The notes: generated by a model from the letters alone, not told the origin. A DNA stretch of 63,421 nt, filler included, from Dicyema japonicum (GCA_011109175.1; 12 parts of 11 records of this genome joined end to end with filler, not necessarily neighbours in it), one strand, 5' to 3'; positions 38,867 through 52,039 are shown, counted from the first letter of the whole stretch. A program made the numbers and translations.

Positions 38867-40800
38867 ATGAAAACCTCACAAGATGACTGATATTTATTAT
38901 TTATTTACCACATGAATTATAAAAAAATTAAATGCTGCAAAATTAAACTATTAATGCTATAAAATTATTTAAATTAAACAATATAAAATATATAAAATTA
39001 TTTTTAATTAAAAACAAAAATTTATCATATGTTTTTTAGTCTTCTTGTTGAACTTAACGTCTGATGACTCGGATCTGAAGGTTGTGATTTCGAATCTGAA
39101 AGACGGATTTTTTTTGCGAAGGTAAATTCTTGTCAAACAGATCCCACCCATGAGGCGACAAGTGCTTCTGGCACGACACAGTAGTTGAAAGGGATCTTCC
39201 TATTTTCGTCCTGACCAAATTCTCTGATTCACATCACATCATGAAACTATTTCACCGAAGAATGAAGTGATGTCAGAGACGGTAGGACGAGCGACGAAAA
39301 TGGTAGATAGAGGACCTACTTCTCAACCGCTTTTAGCACGCGGAAGCCTGTAATCTACAATTGGAAGATGGATTTGGTCGGCACAAGCGAATGTTATCCC
39401 TTGAATTCCTTGGATTAATTAGTTATGACTGTTTGTGCTGGGCTCACCAAAGATTGTAAGCCTTGGGTTAATAATATGTTTCTCGTTGGGGAACTGATTC
39501 TTTAATTAACTCAAAAATATTATGGGAGTGATGCATGATGTGTGTAAAAACTACTCTGATCAGACAGAACATACGTAAAGGAGAATTAATTCGATAACTA
39601 AACAAGTTTCCTGTAAGCCTTGGGTTAATAATATGTTTCTCGTTGGGGAACTGATTCTTTAATTAACTCAAAAATATTATGGGAATGATGCATGATGTGT
39701 GTAAAAACTACTCTGATCAGACAGAACATACGTAAAGGAGAATTAATACGATAACTAAACAAGTTTCCAGGATCACCTAAATTTGATNNNNNNNNNNNNN
39801 NNNNNNNNNNNNNNNNNNNNNNNNNNNNNNNNNNNNNNNNNNNNNNNNNNNNNNNNNNNNNNNNNNNNNNNNNNNNNNNNNNNNNNNNNNNNNNNNNNNN
39901 NNNNNNNNNNNNNNNNNNNNNNNNNNNNNNNNNNNNNNNNNNNNNNNNNNNNNNNNNNNNNNNNNNNNNNNNNNNNNNNNNNNNNNNNNNNNNNNNNNNN
40001 NNNNNNNNNNNNNNNNNNNNNNNNNNNNNNNNNNAGGAGACTCACATGAAAACCTCACAAGATGACTGATATTTATTATTTATTTATCACATGAATTATA
40101 AATAATTTGAATGCTGCAAAATTAAACTATTAATGCTATAAAATTATTTAAATTAAACAATATAAAATTATTTTTAAATAAAAACAAAAATCTATCATAT
40201 GTTTTATAGTCTTCTTGTTGAACTTAACGTCTGATGACTCGGATCTGAAGGTTGTGATTTCGAATCTGAAAGACGGATTTTTTTCCGAAGGTAAATTCTT
40301 GTCAAACAGATCCCACCCATGAGGCGACAAGTGCTTCTGGCACGACACAGTAGTTGAAATGGATCTTCTTACTTTCGTCCTGACCAAATCCTCTGATTAA
40401 CATCACATTATGAAAACTATTCCACCGAAGAATGAAGTGATGTCAGCGACGGTAGGACGAGCGACGAAAATGGTAGATAGAGGACCTACTTCTCAACCGC
40501 CTTTAGCACGCGGAAGCCTGTAATCTACTATTGGAAGATGGAATTGGTCGGCACAAGCGAATGTTATCCCTTGAATTCCTTGGATTAATTAGTTATGACT
40601 GTTTGTGCTGGACTCACCAAAGATTGTAAGCCTTGGGTTAATAATATGTTTCTCGTTGGGGAACTGATTCTTCAATTAACTCAAAAATATTATGGGAATG
40701 ATGCATGATGTGTGTAAAAACTACTCTGATCACACAGAACATACGTAAAGGAGAATTAATTCGATAACTAAACAAGTTTCCAGGATCACCTAGAGAACTC
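38858..40800. repeat. Segmental duplicate pair 38858-39787 / 40036-40800 across a gap; first copy has an internal 157-bp tandem duplication
   Basis: Both copies begin GGAGACTCACATGAAAACCTC. The internal repeat starts at 39456 and 39613 with 2 mismatches. Confidence 0.92.
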
Positions 40801-41409
40801 GTGCTAATGACATTCAATGTGAGAGGAATTGTGACCACACTGCAAAGGACATAACTGTGAAGGACCTTAGTCGTTGTGAAATTTCTGTAGCCTGCTTTAA
40901 GGAAGCAAAAGTAAAAAAGGAGACTTGATGGAGTCGTAGGAGCATTTAGAGTTATACTGCTAGAACCAGAATGCAGACATTATGGACGGGGATTTGCTTT
41001 TCATCGATGTAGTGCCAATACGATTCACAGATGCTGAAGTGTAAGTGACAGGATCTCACTCACTCAACTGAAGTTGGGAAAATCGCTGGCTCTGGTCATC
41101 AAGGCATATGCTCCGACTATAGCATGAAGTGTCCATTAGACGACCTCCGAAAAATTGCAATCTCAAGAGGAGCGTGAGGCGTCAGAATGCATAGATATCC
41201 GGGATGCGACACAATCTACATCAATGGATTAACTTTTTTGTTGCGAATGTGCATAATAATTAGGGCGAATTTTTTTAAACCTAAAAAATAAAAAATTTAA
41301 CCTAAAAAANNNNNNNNNNNNNNNNNNNNNNNNNNNNNNNNNNNNNNNNNNNNTTAATTAATTAANNNNNNNNNNNNNNNNNNNNNNNNNNNNNNNNNNN
41401 NNNNNNNNN

Positions 41410-41776
41410 GGCGAGTTTGCCACTGACGAACTCAGTCATCAACGTGTGGAGGTTAAAATTCATCAGTTCGAGGATCATGAAGAGAGTCCCCTCTTCCTCG
41501 ATTATGTCCAAAAATCTGATTAGTTGACTGACCTCACTTTATTATGTTTGGGTGGTCGAGGGACTTCATTAGGGCGATCTCTCTAATGGCTGTGCTGGGA
41601 ACTCCTTCGCCCACTCTACTCCACTCTCCTTACTGTACTTACACATCTATTGACACCGATTTGATTGCCACCGATTTAGAGGTGGCTGTTTCTGTCGCCT
41701 TGAATACGACGCCGTAGGACCCTTCTCCCAGCTTTTCTACCATTCTATACCCAAAGGGGCATGGAAATTGTTCCAT
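41410..41776 (-). CDS. CDK1/CDK2: PSTAIRE cyclin-dependent kinase, 5' portion (truncated by gap)
   Basis: Exons 41776-41643, 41615-41538, 41515-41410. Introns 27 and 22 nt. MEQF...[14 protein letters not shown]...VAIK...[29 protein letters not shown]. Confidence 0.92.
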
Positions 41777-42538
41777 CAGCTATAGACAGTAAGACCACCC
41801 GTAGGCACCACCAGGACTATTTTCCTATTGCCAGTCAAATTAGGAATTTAATTTACTAAGTAGTTATCTTTAAAAAGTATAATTAATTCTAAAATTTCTG
41901 CTTACTACACAATTTGAGGAAGACCTGGCTCGCCCGCAGAGGACTTGACGAAGAGAGTTCGTATGCCACTGGTAAAGCTCATGCTCCTCCACAACTCGGA
42001 GACATAGATAAAACAATCTAAGAGGGGCATTAGTTTTTATATTATCTGTTGAGGTCAAATAACTATGAACAATTAGATTTTAATCATTCTAAACTTTCAG
42101 GATAGCCAATTTTGAAAGATTAAAAGGCATTGTCGACATGTAATACGCATAAATATACGAGTATCAGCTAACCATTATGCACCAATATCCTCCAATGATA
42201 CTTTTGGAGGTTCATAAGGGAAGCATGTAGTCACATAATAAGTAGGTTGAGCCCTAAAACTGGAACTTATCTTGCACATGTCAATAATAAAAATCACGTG
42301 TCTTTGTATTTGATATAGTCTTACCAAGTGAATAATGTATTGCCAGACTCATTTATCATTGCCTTGCAAGATTTGGCAGAGACTTGCCTTCTTTTTCAAT
42401 GTTTTGTGTCCTCCTGGTTTTTTGAGTAATTTTTTCCATGCGAATGAACTGATAAATTAATTTCACTCAATTTTTACTGAATGCAAAGCGTAAGGTTAAT
42501 TAGTAAAAATATGTTAATGTAATTGAATATGAAATTCA

Positions 42539-44369
42539 TTATAAATCCATAAAATTAATGTCGCTTCTAATTCCGCTCGATTCCGCGACCAGTTTGACCA
42601 ATTCAAAATAAGAATAAATAAAGGCCCGGCTAATCTCCAAAGAATACTTTCCACAAATGTTGAGATCCCTCATATTTGCCATCAGCAGACACCGGGCCAT
42701 TCTGATCTGCTCCTGCTGCTTTCTCTCATTTTCCAATCGCTCGTTCTCTTCTCTCGCAATCCTCGACAACTCTTCGGCTGCCAGTCTAAGACTGAATCAA
42801 TGAAGGGGACCTCTCTTCCTCCTCCTGTTGTTGTCGTCTGATTTTCTCCTGTTCCTTCTCGAACATGTACCGCAAATACTCCGATTTCTCCATGCTCTCC
42901 AACATGATCCTTTCTTTCTCTAGTCTGACATTTTCCTCAATCATCCGAATTCTTTCAAGTTCTATAACTTTCAAAATCACCAGCCACCCTTTTTCCGTCG
43001 TTCTTCCTCCTCCTGTTGCTCCCTAATCCTGTTCATGCGCTCGTTGTAGGCATTCCTCTCTCTCTCGAGGAGTTCCTTCGCCTTCCTCTTCTGTCTCTCA
43101 CTGGCCAATGCGAGTTCACGCTGCCTCCTCTCTTCCCGCTCTTTTTCTTCTAGTTCCCTCCTTTAGAGAGATATCCACAAATGGGTACGCAATTTCCTGT
43201 TCTTTGAGCTGGAGTTGTTCGCTCAGTTCGCTTTGAAGTACTTTTTCCATTTCATTTTCGAGTTGCTGCTTTTTTAGCATCTCCAAACGTTGTTCCTGTT
43301 TGGCAATTGATTGGTCTTGCCTCTTTTTCAAGGCCAATTCCCCTCTTTTTAGCGTTGATTCTCCTTGTTAATCGAATGTCTTCTGAACTCCTGTGGAATT
43401 TGCGTTTTGGAAAGTACCTCTTCCTTTAAAATTTCTAGATCTGATTTTTGGCGAAGTTGGTTGTAGAAAAGTTTAGTTTCTGGCTGAACGTAGGTCGATC
43501 CGACTTGGTATTCGTTGTCGGAAGTTTCCTCACTCTAAAGTTGTTACAAGACCATCCTGACCTCAATTCGAATGATGGACATTTCAGTTTCGTCCCTGAC
43601 AAACGACTTGACTGTCAGGACACTTTCTGTTGTGGGCATCACAATCTCGGACTTTTTCTCCGTATAAATCGAATTTTCGCGAGATTTAGATTTACTGCTC
43701 TCGGCCGATTGGATGTTGACTATTTGGGATGGCCCTGATCCCGGAGAACTGTATTTCGTACTGCTTTTGTTTTTTTCAGATATTTTATTGGTGGAAACTG
43801 ACTTGCCCTCCGTCAGCACCTCCTTTTCGCTGTGCTTCTCTGAACTTGCCTTTTCCGCCTCGACCAGGCTTCCTCTCCCTAAGTCAATTCGGCCTCGAAT
43901 ACAAAGGCGTGATTAAGCATAGTTTAGAATAATTTTAACCTTTGGCTTTGACGTCCTTCATGGCCTTTTTTAAGATTTCCTTTGCCATTTTTTTAACTTT
44001 TTTGAACTTTTCTTGAACCATCTTCTCTGCTCTCGACTTGTTCTTTCCGACTCGACTTGGTTTGGGCGGGTTTCTCTGCAACACTTTTTACGCTCGATTT
44101 ATCTTTCCCGCCTTCCTTGCCTCTTTTCTCTGCACGTTCAGATTACATGTTAAATACTTGCGGGTGTGGAAATATACTTTTGGGAGTTTCCAACGAGTTA
44201 ATGCTCTTGTGGTCCTTGCAAGGCTCCAAAATGTTGGTTTCTCCTTCCGAAATGACTGTGGGGGTGTCTTTAAGGTTATCTGTGGGGGACGAATCCTTAG
44301 AACTCTCTTTATGTTTTTGGGGAGTTGTTGTCGATGATGTGTGATATAATCAGGGGACTGGGGGACTGT
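42539..44369 (-). CDS. KIAA2012: KIAA2012-like (DUF4670) E/R-rich coiled-coil protein, 3' part, with apparent lesions
   Basis: Introns 43939-43879, 43561-43535, 43188-43161, 42987-42968 and 42810-42786 join the ORF-track pieces. EKERIMLESMEKSEYLRY and C-terminal ISRAFIYSYFEL resemble the KIAA2012 end as I recall it. One unresolved frameshift near 43350 and a TAA near 44090. Confidence 0.62.
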
Positions 44370-46420
44370 NNNNNNNNNNNNNNNNNNNNNNNNNNNNNNN
44401 NNNNNNNNNNNNNTTAATTAATTAANNNNNNNNNNNNNNNNNNNNNNNNNNNNNNNNNNNNNNNNNNNNAATTATATGGAGTAACAATCTCAGAATCAAA
44501 CAGATCTTTCGTTCTATTCATATATAAGGGACACAGGGATTGTAAGAGCAAAACTGAAGAAAATGTCTTCTTAGGTCCATGAAAATTTGTAAAAATTAAT
44601 GAAATAAATTTCAAAAATAAGTAGGTAAAGAAATCAACTAAATTATGTAATCAAAACATAGATACATCCATTTTTAACATATACTCTGTCGAAAGGATCG
44701 AATCCTTAAAGTACAAAAGAGTTTCAATCTTCAGAGAATACAAAATCATGAAAATTTATTAATTTTAAGAAAGTAATGAATATATATGTGCATAATTTTT
44801 TAATTAAAGCGGAAATTTATTATGTTAAATATGCCACAAAGAGTGAACTAGCGAATGAAATTAAAAATAACGCGGTATCAGATCGCGTTATTGAATGCCT
44901 GTTTGTTTCACTTCTCGGAACATGACAAAAAATTTAGTTTGTTCAGTTGGTAGTGGACGTCCGTTCTGTACCTGTAAATCAAGTTCATCCATGGAGAATG
45001 ATCATTTTAATACTCTGGAGAACTTTGAAGCTAATCCGTCCGAATGCGCACCAATTTCAAATATGAAGATGCCTCCTTGTAGTTATTGCCAGCTTAAAGC
45101 TNNNNNNNNNNNNNNNNNNNNNNNNNNNNNNNNNNNNNNNNNNNNNNNNNNNNNNNNNNNNNNNNNNNNNNNNNNNNNNNNNNNNNNNNNNNNNNNNNNN
45201 NNNNNNNNNNNNNNNNNNNNNNNNNNNNNNNNNNNNNNNNNNNNNNNNNNNNAATGATATTGTAGTGTTCTACTTTTCTCTAAAGGTGATTTATATTATT
45301 ATTTCTTCGAGGTCCAAGGAGAATTTGACATAATTCAGGTTATCAGTACGGACTATACTCTATAATTTTTCTTACATAACTGATTATATTTCTCAACATA
45401 AAATCATCATGGTTAACTCTAGTATGTAAATAAGTCTATCTGGTAAAGGATAAAGATGTGTTGGTTCCCAGATTAAAATATTGTCCATCAAAGATCTCCT
45501 GCCCTTTTTAATTTATTTCCGTACTTTGAAAGGCACAATTCCTGGTTGTGATGTAGACTGATGACTTGATCCTTAGAAGCAGTAATAGTTCCATATATGA
45601 GTCCGAGACAAAATTGCGGATATTTTTGGAATTTGAGTCCCAGTTATAGTTGAGCTAACTGTCAGTCTCTTCCGAATAATTTTCTTGCGCATTTGCTACC
45701 AGGACTTTTAACCTTTCACCCTCTAATGAGAGAAACTCAACTTTCTCTAATATGACTCGTACAACTTGTCATCCTGGACACTTTTTCCTTTGCGGAATTT
45801 AGTAGAAAAAAGGCAGAAACCGTTTCTTTATCTCTGCAACAAATAGTTTAAACAATTTTATTTGTCATCATTGCTGAAAAGTTCCGCGTGTTTCGCAAGA
45901 AATCTCTGCAAAATCTTTTGAAAGAGAAACAGTGTGGTTACCAGTCAGCGATGGAGACATTGAAAGAACACATGATTTACATTGGTTTCATTTTAAATAA
46001 TAATATACTCACTTATTTCTTTGCGTTCTTGGGGTAGAATAAATTTCACTTTTTTAGATGGGGTAGTCGTTTTCCATTTAAAAAAATAAGATATTACAAA
46101 AAGGGACATAATAGTCTTAATGTTATAAGGACAAAGCTTTTGTTGAAATAAATTTAATATTAGATTCTAAAAAATAAAATACATTGATTTTGATGCCAGA
46201 TATTAGCTACCAGAATCTATTGAAGCATTTATAAAAAATTAATGATTGCATTAAAGTTAAGATCATATTGTCGATTAATTGTAGGAGTATTGCACAGAAT
46301 GTCTCCTAAGTTTTACTATAGATGAAAACTTTTATCTTTCTTTTAGTGAGCTTAAACAAGTTAATTACGAGTGCCGAGCAAAAGGCCTGATGGCCCTTAG
46401 TTGAATCTTGCTACCACATA

Positions 46421-46636
46421 TTTTAACTGAAAGTTTTGGCATGAGGAGTACGCTCATCAGTGAACATCTTGTTGCTGAACCGGATCGTCTACAAAAGGAC
46501 TCACAACAAAAAAATACTCGACTGTTGTTTTTAACTGAAAGTTTTGGCATGAGGAGTACGCTCATCAGTGAACATCTTGTTGCTGAACCGGATCGTCTAC
46601 AAAAGGACTCACAACAAAAAAATACTCGACTGTTGT
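46421..46636. repeat. 108-bp perfect tandem duplication (36 codons)
   Basis: TTTTAACTGAAAG...CGACTGTTGT occurs twice. ORF 46408-46683 repeats LTESFGMRSTLISEHLVAEPDRLQKDSQQKNTRLL. Confidence 0.92.
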
Positions 46637-46820
46637 ACGATGTAACAAAAAAAATTTTTGTTGATGGACATTGTTCTTCATAAGTTAAATGTGGGGGAGA
46701 GTTAAAATAACTCCTGTCTTNNNNNNNNNNNNNNNNNNNNNNNNNNNNNNNNNNNNNNNNNNNNTTAATTAATTAANNNNNNNNNNNNNNNNNNNNNNNN
46801 NNNNNNNNNNNNNNNNNNNN

Positions 46821-49800
46821 AACGCGGTGGTGGAGGAGAGTGCTCGACCGGACTACTGCATGAAGGATATAATGGACGCCATTGGGAACGAGAGGATCCT
46901 CAACGACATTCTTGGTATCAGGGACGAGGGTAGTCTGGTATGGCCGAGGGTAGATCCCGGGGAGGACTTCGTCAGCGAGCCTCCATTTTCATCCCCCAGG
47001 TCGTCGTCGGTGACTCCACCACAAGTGGCACTTTCTCAGTGCACGCCTTCTCCTAAACGAAAGGTCTCGGAGAAACGGAGAAAGATGGTTAGTACGATTT
47101 CGGGAAATCCGCCGACTCCATTTGCTATTCCAAGGTATATAATTATTCCGATCCACAAAAGACGTGGGCCTTACTCAAAAACTAGATCGAGGCTGCAATC
47201 GAATTGTAGTTCATTCTGCAGTGATGCTCTTGATAAGTCTACGAAATGATGTGCTCTTTTTTACTTTTTAAAAAATCATGTATTCGGTTGAAAATGTAGT
47301 TAGTTGCTATCGTGTAAAATATTATTCTTTGAGGATGTCGAGTTTCATTTGAATTATAAAAAAATCCGCCCTCCCCATTTTCCTTATATGAAGCGGGTTT
47401 AAACCCTACGGGCAGGGCCAGCCTGCCGTCAGTTCGAAACATAGCAAACTCAAATTTACAGCGTCTCAAACTATCAGCTAGCCAACCATTTTTATTTGAC
47501 CATTTTTGTTAATAACATTAGTCCCAATATATTTTATTTATTTTCTTTACATTTTTATGGATACAATAATCAAAATATCTAAGACCCAGTTTACGAAAAG
47601 ATTGATTTTCAATTACCCCGAGATTGCAAACAAACGATTTTCTAGCAGCTGCTCGTTCGCAAAAGTCATTGATCTTCGTAGAAATCCGTACTCCGATTTC
47701 AAAAAAACTCACGTAGACGCTACTGAGACACCATTTTTGGAAAAATGAAACAAGAAGACGGACTCCGGAAATGAGGTGTAGTTTTTGATTTTTGGCTTCT
47801 CTGTCTTGTTATAGTAACCGCCGATATTTAACCAGTAGTCTAACAGAATAGTCGTGTTTAATACTTGGTCAGAAAACTTGCGTCAAATACAATCAGAAAA
47901 CTCCCTTCGAAGTTTATGCCAATCGTATTTACTTGCTATGCCACATTATCTCGGCATGACAAACCCTCGAAAGCAAAAATCGTCACATTCAGAGTAATCG
48001 ACTGATAAATACACAAATCAAAAGCACTACAACTAATTCTTATTTGTGAAACTGTCTGACATCGTATCGACACGAACGTAAAATAGTCATTCCATAAAAT
48101 GCTTATAAAGAGTTAGTGTTAAAAGTAGAGTTTATTTATATAAATTAAATGTTAGTTATAGTCATCTGGGTCGTAGTTTGGAGGTAGATCTTCCTCTCTG
48201 ATCACTGAATAATGAATATTGTCAAAGACCTCGGTAGCGATTGCTGTATCGACCTTTTCTGGATGGGCGACTGTTCAATCTATATTGGTCGGCCATCAGT
48301 CCAGTGAAAGCTATGAGATTTGTCTCAGGGAACATAACTACCACTTAATGTTAGAAAAGCAGTCAATCCTAGTGCAGGGTAGTCATACAGGCCATTCTTA
48401 ATGAACTGTACGACTATGGTTACTATACATACAAAATTACATTTCTGGGTACTGGAGGACATTGTGCACACCACAACGATTTGGATTTTAATTCTATTAT
48501 TGTCATATATTTATTAAAATAATTAAATTGACAAAAGTATAATATTGAAAACTATACTTAGTCAGGAAAACAATCCTAATATGTGCAACTGGTTACATTT
48601 TTTAAATGTTGGTGAACCTAAAGTTTTTTCCATTGTCACTTTAATTCCAAAGGAATACAAATAAAATCAGATGCTAGCCATGTAACGAACAACAGCAACT
48701 GAGGTTCGCTGGAAAAGCCAACTCGTCTCCCTCCGGTCGTTTGTATTCGATGAGATTCTCCTACCAATGTCAGTGAGAAGTTTAGTCGCAGCCTTGCCCA
48801 CGATTCCAGAGGTTTCGAAAAATTGAGTTTCGACAGACATTTTATTGTTAAAAATGACATAATCAGAAAAGTCATTCGAAATTGTGACTTATAAAAATAA
48901 CAACAAAATTTTTTTTTGCGGAAAACTTTAGAAAATGATAGACAGCAATGAGAAAACAAGATTTTTAAAAGTCTACGATCTCGCAAGTCCGTAGTCTATA
49001 GGGAGAAGTTGTCGAATTCTCGTTTCAACACGGTGGCAGAGGAGAGTGCTCGACCGGACTACTGCATGAAGGATATAATGGACGCCATTGGGAACGAGAG
49101 GATCCTCAACGACATTCTTGGTATCAGGGACGAGAGTAGTCTGGTATGGCCGAGGATAGATCACAGAGAGGACTTCGTCATCTATCCTCCATTTTCATCC
49201 CCCAGGTCGTCGCCGGTGACTCCACGACAAGTGGCACTTTCTCAGTGCACGCCTTCTCCCAAACGAAAGGTCTCGGAGAAACGGAGAAAGATGGTTAACA
49301 CGATTTCGGGGAATCCGCCTTTGCTATTCCAGAGGATATAATTATTCTGTTGCCCAAAAGACGTGGGCCTTACTCAAAAACTAGATCGAGGCTCCAATGA
49401 ATTGTAGTTCCTTCTGCAGTGATGCTCTTGATAAATCTACGAAATGATGTGCTCTTTCGGTTGAAAATGTAGTTAGTTGCTATCGTGTAAAATATTGTTC
49501 TTTGAGGATATCGAGTTTAATTTGAATATTTACTTTATAAAAAAATCCGCCCTCCCCATTTTCCTTATTTGAAGCGGGTTTAAACCCTACGGGCAGGGCC
49601 AGCCTGCCATCAGTTCGAAACATAGCAAACTCAAATTTACAGCGTCTCAAACCATCAGCTAGCCAGCCATTTTTATTTAACCATTTTTGTTAATAACATT
49701 AGTCCATATATTTTATTTATTTTCTTTACATTTTTATGGATACAATAATCAAAATATCTAAGACCCATTCTACGAAAAGATTGATTTTCAATTACCCCGA

Positions 49801-50668
49801 GATTGCAAACAAACGTTTTCCTAGCAGCTGCTCGTTCGTAAAAGTCATTGATCTTCGTAAAAATCCGTACTCCGATTTCAAAAAAACTCACGTAGACGCT
49901 ACTGAGACACCATTTTTAGAAAAATGAAACAAGAAGACTGACTCCGGAAAAGAGGTGTAGTTTTTGATTTTTGGCTTCTCTGCCTTGTTATAGTAACCGC
50001 CGATATTTAACCAGTAGTCTAACAGAATAGTCGTGTTTAATACTTGGAATACTTGGTCAGAAAACTTGCTTCAAATACAATCAGAAAACTCCCTTCGAAG
50101 TTTATGCCAATCGTATTTACTTGCAATGCCACATTACCTCAGCATGACAAACCCTCGAAAGCAAAAATCGTCACATTCAGAGTAATCGACTAATAAATAC
50201 ACAAATCAAAAGCACTACAACTAATTCTTATTTGTGAAACTGTCTGACATCGTATTGACACGAACGTAAAATAGTCATTCCATAAAATGCTTATAAAGAG
50301 TTAGTGTTAAAAGTAGATTTTATTTATATAAATTAAATGTTAGTTATAGTCATCTGGGTCGTAGTTTGGAGGTAGATCTTCCTCTCTGATCACTGAATAA
50401 TGAATATTGTCAAAGACCTCGGTAGCGATTGCTGTATCGACCTTTTCTGGATGGGCGACTGTTCAATCTATATTGGTCGGCCATCAGTCCAGTGAAAGCT
50501 ATGAGATTTGTCTCAGGGAACATAACTACCACTTAATGTTAGAAAAGCAGTCAATCCTAGTGCAGGGTAGTCATACAGGCCATTCTTAATGAACTGTACG
50601 ACTATGGTTACTATACATACAAAATTACATTTCTGGGTACTGGAGGACATTGTGCACACCACAACGAT
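46821..50668 (+). repeat. ~2.2-kb tandem segmental duplication carrying gene-like ORFs (46821-48480 / 49020-50668)
   Basis: Offsets 2206 to 2188. Paired ORFs 46827/49009, 47506/49736 and 48219/50407 (the last pair identical). Confidence 0.95.
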
Positions 50669-51494
50669 NNNNNNNNNNNNNNNNNNNNNNNNNNNNNNNN
50701 NNNNNNNNNNNNTTAATTAATTAANNNNNNNNNNNNNNNNNNNNNNNNNNNNNNNNNNNNNNNNNNNNCAAAAAATTGTTGCCTTAGCAAGGAACTCTAT
50801 GTCCGAAAGGAACCGTTGGTTCCTTAAAATAATCTAAGATGTATAAAATTGAGAAAGGAACAGTATCTAGAATAAAAATGGAGACTAGACAAGGATTCTG
50901 CAAATTTTATTGGCAATTTTTGTCAATAAAGTCAAAAATTGATATGTTCTTTAAAATTGCTTAAAACTTATAAAAATGTAGTTTTTAATAAAAATTTTAT
51001 ATAAATCAAAAGTAATAAAGTCAAAATGTAAAACGGTCAAAATTAAAAACATTACCAGAACTATTGCGGCTCGGATAAATTTTAAAAAATTTCTAAGGCT
51101 AAAATGTATGACCGTTTTAAGAAGTGCCATTAACTATCTTTTAAAGCAATTTCTGGTGAAAAGAATTCATGAAAAAATTCAATTAAAAAATTATGAGTTT
51201 TGACAAAGTTTAATATATACGATATTTTTATTTGTGATGAAACTTTCCTTTTCGTTAAAAAAAAATGAAATAAATCATTTGTCACTAAAGATAAAAATTG
51301 TGTAGTAAAAAATTTGTCGTCCTTCTTTGCTGTAGTATTAAAGGTGAAAAATTGAAACCGTTGGTTCCTTAAAATAATAAGAACTTTTGGAAATTCATAT
51401 TTCAAGTTTAATGGACATAGAACTTTGTGGAATTGAAAATAACACACAAATATTTGATGGGTTTATGAATTTTTTTAAAGAAAATTATTTAACA

Positions 51495-51730
51495 AAGAAA
51501 CAAATGTTAATTGAGGAAGCCTGCTGCGTGGATCGCGAACGAGCTCCCTCTGAGTATGGCCATTCCAATCTTTTGTCTCAGCCAGAACCCTTCTCCTTTA
51601 TCCCTTTTTTTTCTGGCAAGAATTCCTCCGAGTTCGCGCAAGAACTCAGCCGTTAATGGACCAATGGTTCCTGATGACTCGACCGCAACAGAAGTAAATT
51701 GGAACCGGTCCCTGAGGCAAGAATATTTAT
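51495..51730 (-). mobile_element. CRE-like REL endonuclease / 3' end fragment
   Basis: KYSCLRDRFQFTSVAVESSGTIGP...WLRQKIGMAILRGSSFAIHAAGFLN*. Confidence 0.88.
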
Positions 51731-52039
51731 TGATTTTTAAATTTTCCGCAATTGAAATTGAAAATCAAGTTTTAAAGACACAATAAATAATCTTGAAACT
51801 TCATTATTTAATGTTTTTCTTGAAGCACTTTATTAGATTTCAGAATGAACGTCTCCAAGAAATTACAGGGAAAATACAATATTGGGGGAAATTAGCAATT
51901 ACTTTTTTAATTAATAAATAAATGGATTTTTAATTTTTAACATGCAACTTGATTTTAAAAAAATTAAAAAATAGTAATGAAAAATGGATAAAATATTTTA
52001 CTCTGTATTTGGGCGCTTTTCTATTGGGTAAGGGTTGAA

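Noticed and set aside
39773-40058. ORF-track entries made of X residues (also 29944, 44414, 44895, 54102)
   Set aside because: They are read-through of N gaps.
43448-44344. Plus-strand ORFs 43448, 43713, 43729, 44038 and 44057
   Set aside because: They are antisense shadows of the minus-strand KIAA2012-like exons.
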